From contig NIVC01000408.1 of assembly GCA_002269645.1 (NCBI GenBank), positions 1 to 64,000 on the forward strand: a stretch of 64,000 nucleotides of DNA, in the 5' to 3' direction. This document shows, one piece after another, positions 13,040-57,379 of the stretch (its first letter is position 1; every line of letters starts with the position of its first letter). Below the pieces are notes generated by a model, which was not told the origin of the DNA, searched no databases, and saw only the letters and a program-made list of their open reading frames with translations. The stretch is from Macrostomum lignano (taxonomy: Eukaryota). Position numbers and translations under genes: made by a program.

Positions 13040-13885
13040 TACTGAGGCTCATGGCCCTCAACCCTAACCCTAGGGTAAGTGCAAACCATGCATTTAGATT
13101 ACAGATAATTGAGGCTCATGGTCCTCAACCCTAACCCTAGGGTAAGTGCAAACCATGCATTTAGATTACAGATAATTGAGGCTCATGGCCCTCAACCTTA
13201 ACCCTAGGGTCAGTGTGGACCATAGACTGCAGATAATTGAGGCTCATGGCCCTCAACCCTAACCCTAGGGTAAGTGTGAACCATGCATTTAGATTACAGA
13301 TAATTGAGGCTCATGGTCCTCAACCCTAACCCTAGGGTAAGTGTGGACCATGCATGTAGATTACAGATAATTGAGGCTCATGGCCCTCAACCCTAACCCT
13401 AGGGTCAGTGTGGACCATAGACTGCAGATAATTGAGGCTCATGGCCCTCAACCCTAACCCTAGGGTAAGTGTGGACCATGCATGTAGATTACAGATAATT
13501 GAGGCTCATGGCCCTCAACCCTAACCCTAGGGTAAGTGTGGACCATAGACTGCAGATAATTGAGGCTCATGGCCCTCAACCCTAACCCTAGGGTCAGTGT
13601 GGACCATAGACTGCAGATAATTGAGGCTCATGGCCCTCAACCCTAACCCTAGGGTCAGTGTGGACCATAGACTGCAGATAATTGAGGCTCATGGCCCTCA
13701 ACCCTAACCCTAGGGTAAGTGTGGACCATGCATGTAGATTACAGATAATTGAGGCTCATGGCCCTCAACCCTAACCCTAGGGTCAGTGTGGACCATAGAC
13801 TGCAGATAATTGAGGTTCATAGCCCTCAACCCTAACCTTAGGGTAAGTGCGGACCATGCATTTAGATGATTAGATAATTGAGGCT
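13040..13885. repeat. 61/67-bp minisatellite with a telomere-like CCCTAACCCTAGGGT core
   Basis: About 13 copies of GATAATTGAGGCTCATGGCCCTCAACCCTAACCCTAGGGT(A/C)AGTG... Confidence 0.9.
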
Positions 13886-14469
13886 GCGCTTTGGGGCCGT
13901 ACGGTCAGCTCTCTTCGCGCTGACGTCATGCCTCACGACATCGAACCGATTCGGAAACTGGAAAACTGAAAGCACTTCGTACAGCTAAAACCGGAGTTCC
14001 TTTGCTGGGAGGGGTGGCAGGTGCGGCGGTAGCACAAAAGCGGCCACTCTGCAACCCAGGGAGCAACTGGATTCGTGTTAATAGTCTTCCAATAATTTTC
14101 GATCAAAGGCTTGCCTTGCAGGTAATTTCACCTACTGTAAGGCGGCGGGAACTGGGCAGAGCGGTGCTCGACTGAGGCTTCGTCACTCAGGCAGGTCAGC
14201 ACACAAGCCAATCTTTGTCTGAATGCTCAAAATCGCCTCAGTAAACCGGAATGACAAAAATGGACGGCTGGAAATCACAGAAGAGACCATCTGCTTATTT
14301 AGTTACGTAAATGCAGCAGTTCAAAGGGCGTAAGCATTCACTGTTCTATTTCTAGTGCAGCAAAGACTTACATGTACTTAAATGCATGTGTCTTCTTAAT
14401 GCGACTTGAGCCGTTTATTCGGCTTTCCTGACCACCATAACTCGCCTGAACCATCGATCATTGACTCTT

Positions 14470-15737
14470 GCGGCGCCCTCTCCAAGACAACCCACAATCG
14501 GCATCCCTGTCTCTTGGTGGGCGCCCTCTCTAAGACAACCCACAATCGGCAGCCCTACATGTATCTCTTGCTTGGCGCCCTCTCCGAGACAACCCACAAT
14601 CGGCATCCCTGTCTCTTGGTGGGCGCCCTCTCCAAGACAACCCACAATCGGCATCCCTGTCTCTTGGTGGGCGCCCTCTCTAAGACAACCCACAATCGGC
14701 AGCCCTACATGTATCTCTTGCTTGGCGCCCTCTCCGAGACAACCCACAATCGGCATCCCTGTCTCTTGGTGGGCGCCCTCTCCAAGACAACCCACAATCG
14801 GCATCCCTGTCTCTTGGTGGGCGCCCTCTCTAAGACAACCCACAATCGGCAGCCCTACATGTATCTCTTGCTTGGCGCCCTCTCCGAGACAACCCACAAT
14901 CGGCATCCCTGTCTCTTGGTGGGCGCCCTCTCCAAGACAACCCACAATCGGCATCCCTGTCTCTTGGTGGGCGCCCTCTTCAAGACAACACACAATCGGC
15001 ATCCCTGTCTCTTGGTGGGCGCCCTCTCCAAGACAACACACAATCGGCATCCCTGTCTCTTTGGTGGGCGCCCTCTCCAAGACAACACACAATCGGCATC
15101 CCTGTCTCTTGGTTGGCGCCCTCTCCGAGACAACCCACAATCGGCATCCCTGTCTCTTGGTTGGCGCCCTCTCCGAGACAACCCACAATCGGCATCCCTG
15201 TCTCTTGGTGGGCGCCATCTGCAAGACAACCCACAATCGGCATCCCTGTCTCTTGGTGGGGCTCTCTCCAAGACAACCCACAATCGGCATCCCTGTCTCT
15301 TGGTGGGCGCCATCTGCAAGACAACCCACAATCGGCATCCCTGTCTCTTGGTGGGCGCCCTCTCCGAGACAACACAAAATCGGCATCCCTGTCTCTTGGT
15401 GGGCGCCCTCTCCAAGACAACCCACAATCGGCATCCCTGTCTCTTGGTTGGCGCCCTCTCCAAGACAACCCACAATCGGCATCCCTGTCTCTTGGTGGGC
15501 GCCCTCTCCAAGACAACACAAAATCGGCATCCCTGTCTCTTGGTGGGCGCCATCTGCAAGACAACCCACAATCGACATCCCTGTCTCTTGGTGGGCGCCA
15601 TCTGCAAGACAACCCACAATCGGCATCCCTGTCTCTTGGTGGGCGCCCTCTCTAAGACAACCCACAATCGGCATCCCTGTCTCTTGGTGGGCGCCCTCTC
15701 CAAGACAATCCACAATCGGCATCCCTGTCTCTTGGTG
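14470..15737. repeat. 48/54-bp minisatellite
   Basis: GCGCCCTCTCCAAGACAACCCACAATCGGCATCCCTGTCTCTTGGTGG tandem copies; source of the repetitive ORFs at 14406-15789. Confidence 0.95.
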
Positions 15738-16334
15738 GAGGGTCACTGATTTTTTTACTATAATATTGAGTTCCATGAATCTCTGCTGAAAAAAATTGGG
15801 ACATTGTTTCTCTATGGTTTGTGCATCATTATATTGATGACGGTATTGCTTGTACAGTCACGCCCATAGACATTTGTGCTACAGCATCGCTGCACTCCCA
15901 GCCGTGCTTTTAGTTCCGCATTTATTTATAGAACCAAACAACTTGGGGAGGTAGACCATTGAAGTAGGGTAATAGAAAACTTTATTAAAAAGTTAAACAT
16001 ACGGGCATGCCCACTGCCCTACTGTCACAAGTAGCAACATTTGCTTGTGCTTCGTAAAAAAATAGTTCAAAAAATAAAGAACAGCTTAGATCAAAGCATA
16101 CGCTTTAGATTCCGCGTCCAAGTGCTTAAAAAGCTAATTTGGGAACTTCACACGTCGATGAAAAGTCGAATAACACGAAAGCGTAAAAATTAAGAGACTG
16201 TTTCCGCATCACTTATTTTACTGAGGTAACTTAAAGTCAAAACCTTATCATGTTGCGATAGAAAATTGTAACAATGACTGATGCAAATTGCAAAACTGTC
16301 TGATCATACAGGTAATTTTAAAATTGGAGTCGCC

Positions 16335-18525
16335 ATCATGACTCACTGAAACAATTTGAGTCATGATCTGATCATGAGTCACTGATACAATTTGAGTCAT
16401 AACCTGATCATGAGTCACTGATACAATTTGAGTCATGACCTGATCATGAGTCACTGATACAATTTGAGTCATGACCTGATCATGAGTCACTGATACAATT
16501 TGAGTCATAACCTGATCATGAGTCACTGGTACAATTTGAGTCATGACTTGATCATGAGTCACTGATACAATTTGAGTCATGACTTGATCATGAGTCACTG
16601 ATACAATTTGAGTCATGACCTGATCATGAGTCACTGATACAATTTGAGTCATGACCTGATCATGAGTCACTGATACAATTTGAGCCATGACCTGATCATG
16701 AGTCACTGATACAATTTGAGTCATGACTTGATCATGAGTCACTGATACAATTTGAGTCATGACCTGATCATGAGTCACTGATACAATTTGAGTCATGACC
16801 TGATCATGAGTCACTGATACAATTTGAGCCATGACCTGATCATGAGTCACTGATACAATTTGAGTCATGACCTGATCATGAGTCACTGATACAATTTGAG
16901 TCATGACCTGATCATGAGTCACTGATACAATTTAAGCCATGACCTGATCATGAGTCACTGATACAATTTGAGTCACTGAAACAATTTGAGTCACTGAAAC
17001 AATTTGAGTCACTGATACAATTTGAGTCATAACCTGATCATGAGTCACTGATACAATTTGAGTCATTACCTGATCATGAGTCACTGATACAATTTGAGTC
17101 ATGACCTGATCATGAGTCACTGATACAATTTGAGCTATGACCTGATCATGAGTCACTGATACAATTTGAGTCATGACCTGATCATGAGTCACTGATACAA
17201 TTTGAGTCATAACCTGATCATGAGTCACTGGTACAATTTGAGTCATAACCTGATCATGAGTCACTGATACAATTTGAGTCATAACCTGATCATGAGTCAC
17301 TGATACAATTTGAGTCATGACCTGATCATGAGTCACTGATACAATTTGAGCCATGGCCTGATCATGAGTCACTTATACAATTTGAGTCATGACCTGATCA
17401 TGAGTCACTGATACAATTTGAGTCATGACCTGATCATGAGTCACTGATACAATTTGAGTCATAACCTGATCATGAGTCACTGGTACAATTTGAGTCATAA
17501 CCTGATCATGAGTCACTGATACAATTTGAGTCATGACTTGATCATGAGTCACTGATACAATTTGAGTCATGACCTGATCATGAGTCACTGATACAATTTG
17601 AGTCATGACCTGATCATGAGTCACTGATACAATTTGAGCCATGACCTGATCATGAGTCACTGATACAATTTGAGTCATGACTTGATCATGAGTCACTGAT
17701 ACAATTTGAGTCATGACCTGATCATGAGTCACTGATACAATTTGAGTCATGACCTGATCATGAGTCACTGATACAATTTGAGTCATGACCTGATCATGAG
17801 TCACTGATACAATTTGAGTCATGACCTGATCATGAGTCACTGATACAATTTGAGTCATGACCTGATCATGAGTCACTGATACAATTTGAGTCATGACCTG
17901 ATCATGAGTCACTGATACAATTTGAGTCATGACCTGATCATGAGTCACTGATACAATTTGAGTCATGACCTGATCATGAGTCACTGGTACAATTTGAGTC
18001 ATAACCTGATCATGAGTCACTGATACAATTTGAGTCATGACTTGATCATGAGTCACTGATACAATTTGAGTCATGACTTGATCATGAGTCACTGATACAA
18101 TTTGAGTCATGACCTGATCATGAGTCACTGATACAATTTGAGCCATGACCTGATCATGAGTCACTGATACAATTTGAGTCATGACTTGATCATGAGTCAC
18201 TGATACAATTTGAGTCATGACCTGATCATGAGTCACTGATACAATTTGAGTCATGACCTGATCATGAGTCACTGATACAATTTGAGCCATGACCTGATCA
18301 TGAGTCACTGATACAATTTGAGTCATGACCTGATCATGAGTCACTGATACAATTTGAGTCATGACCTGATCATGAGTCACTGATACAATTTGAGTCATGA
18401 CCTGATCATGAGTCACTGATACAATTTGAGTCATGACCTGATCATGAGTCACTGATACAATTTGAGTCATGACCTGATCATGAATCACTGATACAATTTG
18501 AGTCACGACTAATCATGAGTCACTG
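16335..18525. repeat. 36-bp satellite (TGAGTCACTGATACAATTTGAGTCATGACCTGATCA)n
   Basis: About 60 highly homogeneous copies, with two TGAGTCA per unit. Confidence 0.97.
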
Positions 18526-19537
18526 CAAGAATCAAAGACATGACCCGCAGCCTACATGACTCACAATGGATTAATACCAACCTAAAACATTGGTGGGTGC
18601 AGTTTGTGAGGCAAGTACCAGCAAAAGTTAATCCTCAACGGAGGGCTGCACAAGAAAGTAATTATTGGCGTTACCGGGCACGCTGGCAGCTGTCACAGGA
18701 GGTAGAGCAGTACAGATAGACTAACTGAGCGCAATTGAAAGCCAAGTTCGGGTTACGCCAGACGGACTAACAGATACAAAACGTAGTAAAAACGTATGAA
18801 AATACAGAAATGAAAGCGGACAAAAACTTTGCATGGCATTAAGATTGATCTGTCCATAGCGGATTCAGTTTTGCACTCAGCTTTCACATGTGGCGCCCAC
18901 ACACAGGAATTGCACCAAATGCACCGCGCATAGCGAAGTTCGTTCAACAAGCACGTATTTTATATCCTCTGGCTTATAAGGCTGACCTGTATGGGAGCTT
19001 CCTGGGGAGAAGAACGATTCTATTTTTAGAATATTTCACAAGGTAAGCAAATCCCCAAGAATAATCCGAGGGAGAAACAAAGAGGAAAACAAATTTGAAG
19101 AAGTTTAGAATATGTCAAACAAGAAGGAGACCGACTTAAAGTCGAATAAGTGAGGACAGAGATTGCAGTTATGGCCATGGACGTCTATGGTAAAAACCCA
19201 TTCAGCGCTACACTGTGCGTTCTCTAAAGAGCAAATAAAACGAAAGAGACAAATATGCGTTCCCTACAGGCCGCCAGATGATTTCTTAGAAAATCGCTGT
19301 CATCTAAATTATGGAGACTTTAGCTTACAAATCAAAGCAGATTTCAAACCCTTAATCTATTTAATTTGATATTTTCTAGTGGGTTTTCTTATGGTTTCTC
19401 CAAGAATAACTCTCTTCTAAATATGGTCTATGCCTGAACCCTATTTGATGCAATGTAACCAAAGTGGGTTTTTAAATTAATTTCCAAAAATTTAAACAAA
19501 TAAAATTGCAATAGAAAACAAGGAAAGTCGGCAAATC

Positions 19538-20485
19538 TCAGGAAAGACAGCCGGTTTCGAATGCTGAGGCTGCGGCGGCGTCTCCAGCGGCGGCAACGGT
19601 GGCGGCGGCGGTGGCGCAGGCGGCCTCGAGGCGCCAGTCGTGCTCGCTGAGCAGCTCCCGGCAGGCGTCCCGGTCGGCCAGGCCTAGCCGGAACAGCTGC
19701 TCGACCTTCAGGTAGCGGATGGCCGCCTCCGAGTCCCAGCGGTGCAGGCTGAGCGCCGCGTGGCTCTCCTCCTCCGTGACGCCGAACACCTGCTCGGTGA
19801 CGCTGCGGACCAAGTCCATGGGGGTCCGGCCGGGGCCGTAGGTCCTTTGCTCCGGCTTCAGCGGCGGCGTGGATTCCGCCCCGTCCACGGTGGACTCCGC
19901 CGGCGACGAGACCGACGGGAATAGCAGCAGCTGGCGTCGGCGCTTCGACCGGGGCGGTAGCACCCAGAAGAGGTCCTCGGAGATCTGGCGGCCGCCGCGC
20001 AGGATCGGGTGGATGCGCGGCCGACTGAGGGACGCGGCCTCTGCTGCGGATATTGGTGCTGACGTAGCTGGACTCATTGCTGCTGCTCTTCGCATTATCG
20101 GCGGCGGCGGCAGCGGCGGCGGAGATGGCGCCACCGGCGAGGTTGTCGGCGAAGAGGCTGCCGAGCGCAGCAGCGGCGAGTCGAACTCGGCTAGCGGGGC
20201 GCCAAACGCGGCCAAGGACGTGCCGAGGCTGGACAGGGAGGAGCCGAGGGAGAGGCGGCTGCTGCCGGCGCTGCGGGGCGACGCCGGCAATGACAGACAA
20301 CGTGCACCTCCATCGCTGCCACCGCCGCCGCCGCCGCTAGCGTCGCTGCTGCCTCTGACTAGTAGACAAGGAGTAGGTGAAGACGGCAAGGCAGCAGACG
20401 TCCCCGGACAGCGGCCGGCTGCTGTGCCAGATGATGCGGCTGCTTCAGCATCCGGGCTGGTCGGCTGTGAATCCCGATTGCCCAT
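19538..20485 (-). CDS. Ack/TNK2 C-terminus-like protein (Pro-rich, Mig6-homology segment, UBA region) with no kinase domain visible, 315 aa
   Basis: VFGVTEEESHAALSLHRWDSEAAIRYLKVEQLFRLGLADRDACRELLSEHDWRLEAA matches the ACK1 C-terminal UBA region. PRIHPILRGGRQISEDLFWVLPPR matches the Mig6-homology/EGFR-binding segment. An acceptor lies 19 nt before the ATG and a donor at 21008; no kinase exons were found up to 25124. Confidence 0.8.
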   Translation of the reverse strand: MGNRDSQPTSPDAEAAASSGTAAGRCPGTSAALPSSPTPCLLVRGSSDASGGGGGGSDGGARCLSLPASPRSAGSSRLSLGSSLSSLGTSLAAFGAPLAEFDSPLLRSAASSPTTSPVAPSPPPLPPPPIMRRAAAMSPATSAPISAAEAASLSRPRIHPILRGGRQISEDLFWVLPPRSKRRRQLLLFPSVSSPAESTVDGAESTPPLKPEQRTYGPGRTPMDLVRSVTEQVFGVTEEESHAALSLHRWDSEAAIRYLKVEQLFRLGLADRDACRELLSEHDWRLEAACATAAATVAAAGDAAAASAFETGCLS

Positions 20486-20614
20486 GCCGCTGCCCGGCTG
20501 CCGCCTGAGGGAAGATGAGATACGGCACGATCAGTTCCGGGTTCAGGTATCCTAGAAGTTTGTCGCGTGTACTTGACTATCCCCGCCTCTGCTTATCATT
20601 TTTGTTAGATTTTG

Positions 20615-20865
20615 TTAGAAATGTTTGAGTCAGAGGTCCTTGAGTCGGAGCTGTTTGAGTCAGAGTTCCTTGAGTCAGAACTGCTTGAGTCGGAACTGCT
20701 GGAGTTGGAACTGCTTGAGTCGGAAATGTTTAAGTCAGAGTTCCTTGAGTCGGAGCTGTTTGAGTCAGAGTTCCTTGAGTCGGAGTTCCTTGAGTCGGAA
20801 CTGTTTGAGTCGGAACTGATTGAGTCGGAACTGTTAGAGTCTGAAGTTTTTGAGTCGGAACTGTG
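20615..20865. repeat. Degenerate 15-bp repeat (TTGAGTCGGAACTGC-like)
   Basis: Lies in the intron upstream of the Ack-like exon. Confidence 0.8.
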
Positions 20866-22444
20866 TGCTTGCGGCCTTCAAACCAATTAGGACTAACACA
20901 GAATTTTATCGCACTCTGGTAATTCTTTAATTCACCATAAATATTGAGTGTGTCAACTACACGTCAATGCTATTTAATTCTTAATTACAGTATTGAGAAG
21001 TTACTCACCTAACGCAGCAGTTATCTCCTGCGATAGGATCTTAATCGCTCTATAACCTTTGTCAAAACAAATTTATTATCCCCATTTTGATGGGAATAAA
21101 TCGCGAAGGCCGGCACATTTCAGAATGAAACGATCTAGGCTGTTTCAGGGAGAATCCAAAATTTTAGTAGTAGTGGACTAGCACGCACGCCCCCCTTCGT
21201 CTGCCCTGTCTCCGTTTGACTTTGCTCCTTAGTCTGTCACGTTCTCCCTCTCTTTAAAATTAGGTGAATGCGGCACATAGGGGAGGGGCGGAGGGGGAGA
21301 GGGCGATCTGGACGGAAATCAGTTTAGACTGGATGAACTTTCCCGATGGTCACTCCCCCCTCAGTGTCTCTCAGCCAATGGCGGCCCCGGAGAGGTCCGT
21401 ATGCTGTACAGTCCTTTTGCCTGAATGGGCAAAAGCTGTTCAGGCCGAGACAGTAGACGTTCGCGTGTTTTTTTGTTGAAAAAAATGCTTCTTAGATGTA
21501 CACACACCCACGCCTCTCTCTCTCTCCGCCTCTGTCCCTCTCTCTAGCCTTTTTTGCTACCTATTTTGCTCCGCCGTTTGGCTTACCGCCATGTGACTCT
21601 ACTCTCTGACTCGGCAGCAATGGGGTGGCAAACACACTATTAGCTATTTTTTGGAGTTTTTCTCTTGTCATAAATGGCCGTGCGAGAGAAGTGCGAAACA
21701 GTAAAACAAAACTGTCAACAACGAAAAGGTGAATGTTTTCACACACACACACATGGGACAGACTTTGTTGATAATAAAACAGAGAAAAACAGGCTTTGTT
21801 TATCGCAAAAGCCCACTTTGACACTGATATTTATTGTAACTATAACTACTTCAGTAAATGTATATTGCTTACATAAGGAAGTGTACGGAAATTGCTAATC
21901 TGCATAATAATATATGCTTTTTGTGGAAATAAAATAAGTACAATACCATATATAGAAGTCTACAGACTAGATCCGGAGCCCATATGGTCCTGACAAAAAC
22001 TTTGTGAGTGAGTACATTAACATATAATATTCAACTAAATCAGCTGTAAATAGCGGTGACTCACACAGAAATTTAGAGTCTATATGCTATGAGAACTAAG
22101 GCTTAGTCTAAAACCCTTTTTCCCCAACCGTACATCACAGAAACAACAAGGGTCGGTTGCTGTCCCGCCTACGCACCCACGGGGATGGACAGAAGGCGGC
22201 GGCCTAACAAGCAGTCTGTCCCCCCATCTCGTCTCTGTAGCCTTGTCTGTCTTAGGCATGAATCAACAATGCTAATGCTTTATCCGTGCTGTACGCCAGG
22301 TTTTGCGTGGGAAGTTTAGCATGGAAAGAAGAATTGAGGGATATCAAGTGAAGGGAGATGCGTCATAATGAGTATAGGATTGGTGATTCAGAGCTTTATA
22401 AATACCTGATAGTTGATTAGTTTTTATCTGCAAAATGAGATTTC

Positions 22445-23290
22445 CATTGTGTCTCTAGAGCGTCCGATGTGTCTCTAGGGCGCTGAAATGGGTCTCTAGG
22501 GCGTCCAATGTGTCTTTAATGCGTCTCTAGGGCGCCGATATGTCTTGGGCGCCGATATATGTCTCTAGGGCGTCGATATCGAAATGTGTATCTAGGGCGT
22601 CCAATATGTCTCTAATGTGTTTCTAGGCCGCCGATATGTGCCTCTAGGACGTCAAATATATCCCTAGGGCGCCGATATGTGTCTCTAGGGCGTCAAATAT
22701 ATCTCTGGGGGCCCCAATATGTCTCTAAGGCGCCGATATGTGTCTTTTGTACGCCCAACTGTAGCTGGTCCCGTGTCCACTCTGTGGCTGGCGCCCCTCT
22801 GTTGCTGACACCCAACTGTTGTAATGTGTTTCTAGGGCATCCAATTGTGTCTCTAGGTCGTCAAATATATATCTGGGGTGACAATATGAATCTACGGCGC
22901 CGAAATGTGTCTCTTGTACGTCCAATGTGTCTCTAGGGCGCCCAATGTGTCTCTAGGGCATCCAATGTGTCTCTAAGGCGCCGAAATGTGTCTCTAGGGC
23001 GCCGATATATGTCTAGGGCGTCCAATGTATCTCTAGGGAGCCCAATGTGTCTCTAGAGCGCCGATATGTAACTCTAGGGCGTTGATATGTACCTCTAGGG
23101 CGTCTAGTATGTCTCTTTGGCACCCAATGTGTCTCTATGGCGCATAATGTGTCTCTAGGGCGCAGATATGTGTCTCTAGGACGTCGAAATGTGTCTCTAG
23201 GGCGTCCAACGTATCTCTTGGGCGCCCAATGTGTCTCTAGGGCGCCGATATGTGTCTCTAGGGCGCCTAAATGTGTCTACAGGGCACTTA
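22445..23290. repeat. Degenerate ~21-bp repeat (TGTGTCTCTAGGGCGCCGATA-like)
   Basis: Many diverged tandem copies. Confidence 0.85.
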
Positions 23291-23865
23291 ATGTAATGAC
23301 TAATGCGTCTCCATAGCGCTACACCCCAAAACGCCAATCTGCTCTTTAGTCGTTGTGCTAAGCTCATCAATCTCACCCTCTGCACAGCTATTTATAAATC
23401 CCATGTCACCTTGGAACTCAGCCAGAAATATTAGTCCCTCATTTTGATCCCAACTGGCGCAAAGTTTCCATCATTTTTGCATGCACAGATGCAGGAAACA
23501 GTGAATGAATGCTTGGCATGGCACCCCAAGCTCTCCCAAGCCCAGTTGGCGACCGGTTCATGCCCAATCCTGCATTCCTTTTGGCAAGCCTTCCCCTTAC
23601 CCTCCCACTTAGTGGCCTCCAATGTACTTTAAACTGACACTGAAATGGTAGAGCGTAATCAGCCCCAGTCATCGGGGTTTATCCAGTTGTCTGAGTCACG
23701 TGGCTTCATTCAGCCATGATTAATAGATTTTCTGCTAAGCCATCGAAAACAGGAAAACAGACAAATATGGCATTTGAATAACTGGGCTCTGAGTATAAAT
23801 ATTTGATTTATTGTCATTTATGTTTAGGGCAAAACAGTCCACGAATTTATAGCCTTCGGATCCCC

Positions 23866-24288
23866 AGATCTCAGATCCCCAGACCCATTAAGCCAGTCAT
23901 GACCTTCCCAGATCCCCAGATCAAGCCAGTCATGACCTTCCCAGATCCCCAGATCAAGCCAGTCATGACCTTCCCAGATCAGATCCCCAGATCAAGCCAG
24001 TCATGACCTTCCCAGATCCCCAGATCAAGCCAGTCATGACCTTCCCAGATCACCAGACTAAGCCAGTCATGACCTTCCCAGATCCCCAGATTAAGCCATT
24101 CATGACCTTCTCAGATCACCAGACTAAGCCAGTCATGACCTTCCCAGATCCCCAGATTAAGCCAGTCATGACCTTCCTAGATCACCAGACTAAGCCAGTC
24201 ATGACCTTCCCAGATCCCCAGATTAAGCCAGTCATGACCTTCCCAGATCACCAGACTAAGCCAGTCATGACCTTCCCAGATCACCAAT
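23866..24288. repeat. 33-bp minisatellite (CCAGATCCCCAGATCAAGCCAGTCATGACCTTC)n
   Basis: About 12 tandem copies. Confidence 0.93.
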
Positions 24289-25123
24289 AAAAGATCACCA
24301 ATAAAGGATCTTGCAATAAAAGCACATGTCATTTGTCAAAATGATAAAAAGTAAAGATTAATTAAAATTGATTATCAATTTAAAGTATATATATATATAT
24401 ATTTAAATAATTTGCAGTCTCATCAGGAACTAATTACATATATTATATAATATATATATGTATATTAGTTAAAAAAGCAGCATTAGACTCCTTTGAAATA
24501 AAAAATATTTAAGCTTCAAAATATCAAGTGAGTGAGTAACAACACAGTAATTGTATTGCTTTTTAGTTTGATTGTGTGAACTACTATGAGTAGTGGCAGT
24601 GTCTTGAGTTTTACACGACAGTTATACAGCAGACGAACAATAACAAAAAATATCTTTTAAGAGTCGTGGATTGCAAAAAACCTTTCAAATTCGATTTACA
24701 AAAAGGATTTAAAATTGTAGTCAAAGATATTTATAAATAATTAACATTTAAAAGAATTAGTAATAATAACCGAGACTGGCATTAGCTCGGGAAGAGTATA
24801 TATAGTCACACACTACTGCGTCGTCAATAGTATTGATTTTTAGTATATGAATCGATAGATATTTATAAACAATAATAGTAAATAACAGTTGTGCACTTGT
24901 GCATTATTAAAAAGATAGATAGTTAAAGACACGACAGCCAAAACTAAATAAAAATGAGATATGTTAGCTTGATTTGATAAAACAGAACAGTTTGTTTAAA
25001 CAAATAATAAGTAATCGGCAGGAGCAGCTATAGTTTAGTTATTCAGAATAAACACCTCGACACCTAAGTAGTCAGTCTTGCATGGCGCTACTAATTCAGA
25101 ACACGACGCCGGCAAAGGCGCAA

Positions 25124-57379
<32,256 letters not shown>

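Noticed and set aside
13040-13885. True telomere or subtelomere end
   Set aside because: Only about two CCCTAA units per monomer, embedded in a longer unit, with genes on both sides.
14406-18506. Repetitive ORFs of 224-453 aa
   Set aside because: Products of the 48-bp and 36-bp arrays; no unique domain or splice support.
18990-19060. Possible 13-nt microexon (TTTAG|AATATTTCACAAG|GTAAGC)
   Set aside because: No plus-strand gene nearby to host it; such matches occur by chance in AT-rich DNA.
20612-20890. 92-aa ESEL-repeat ORF
   Set aside because: Degenerate 15-bp repeat antisense in the Ack-like intron; no other support.
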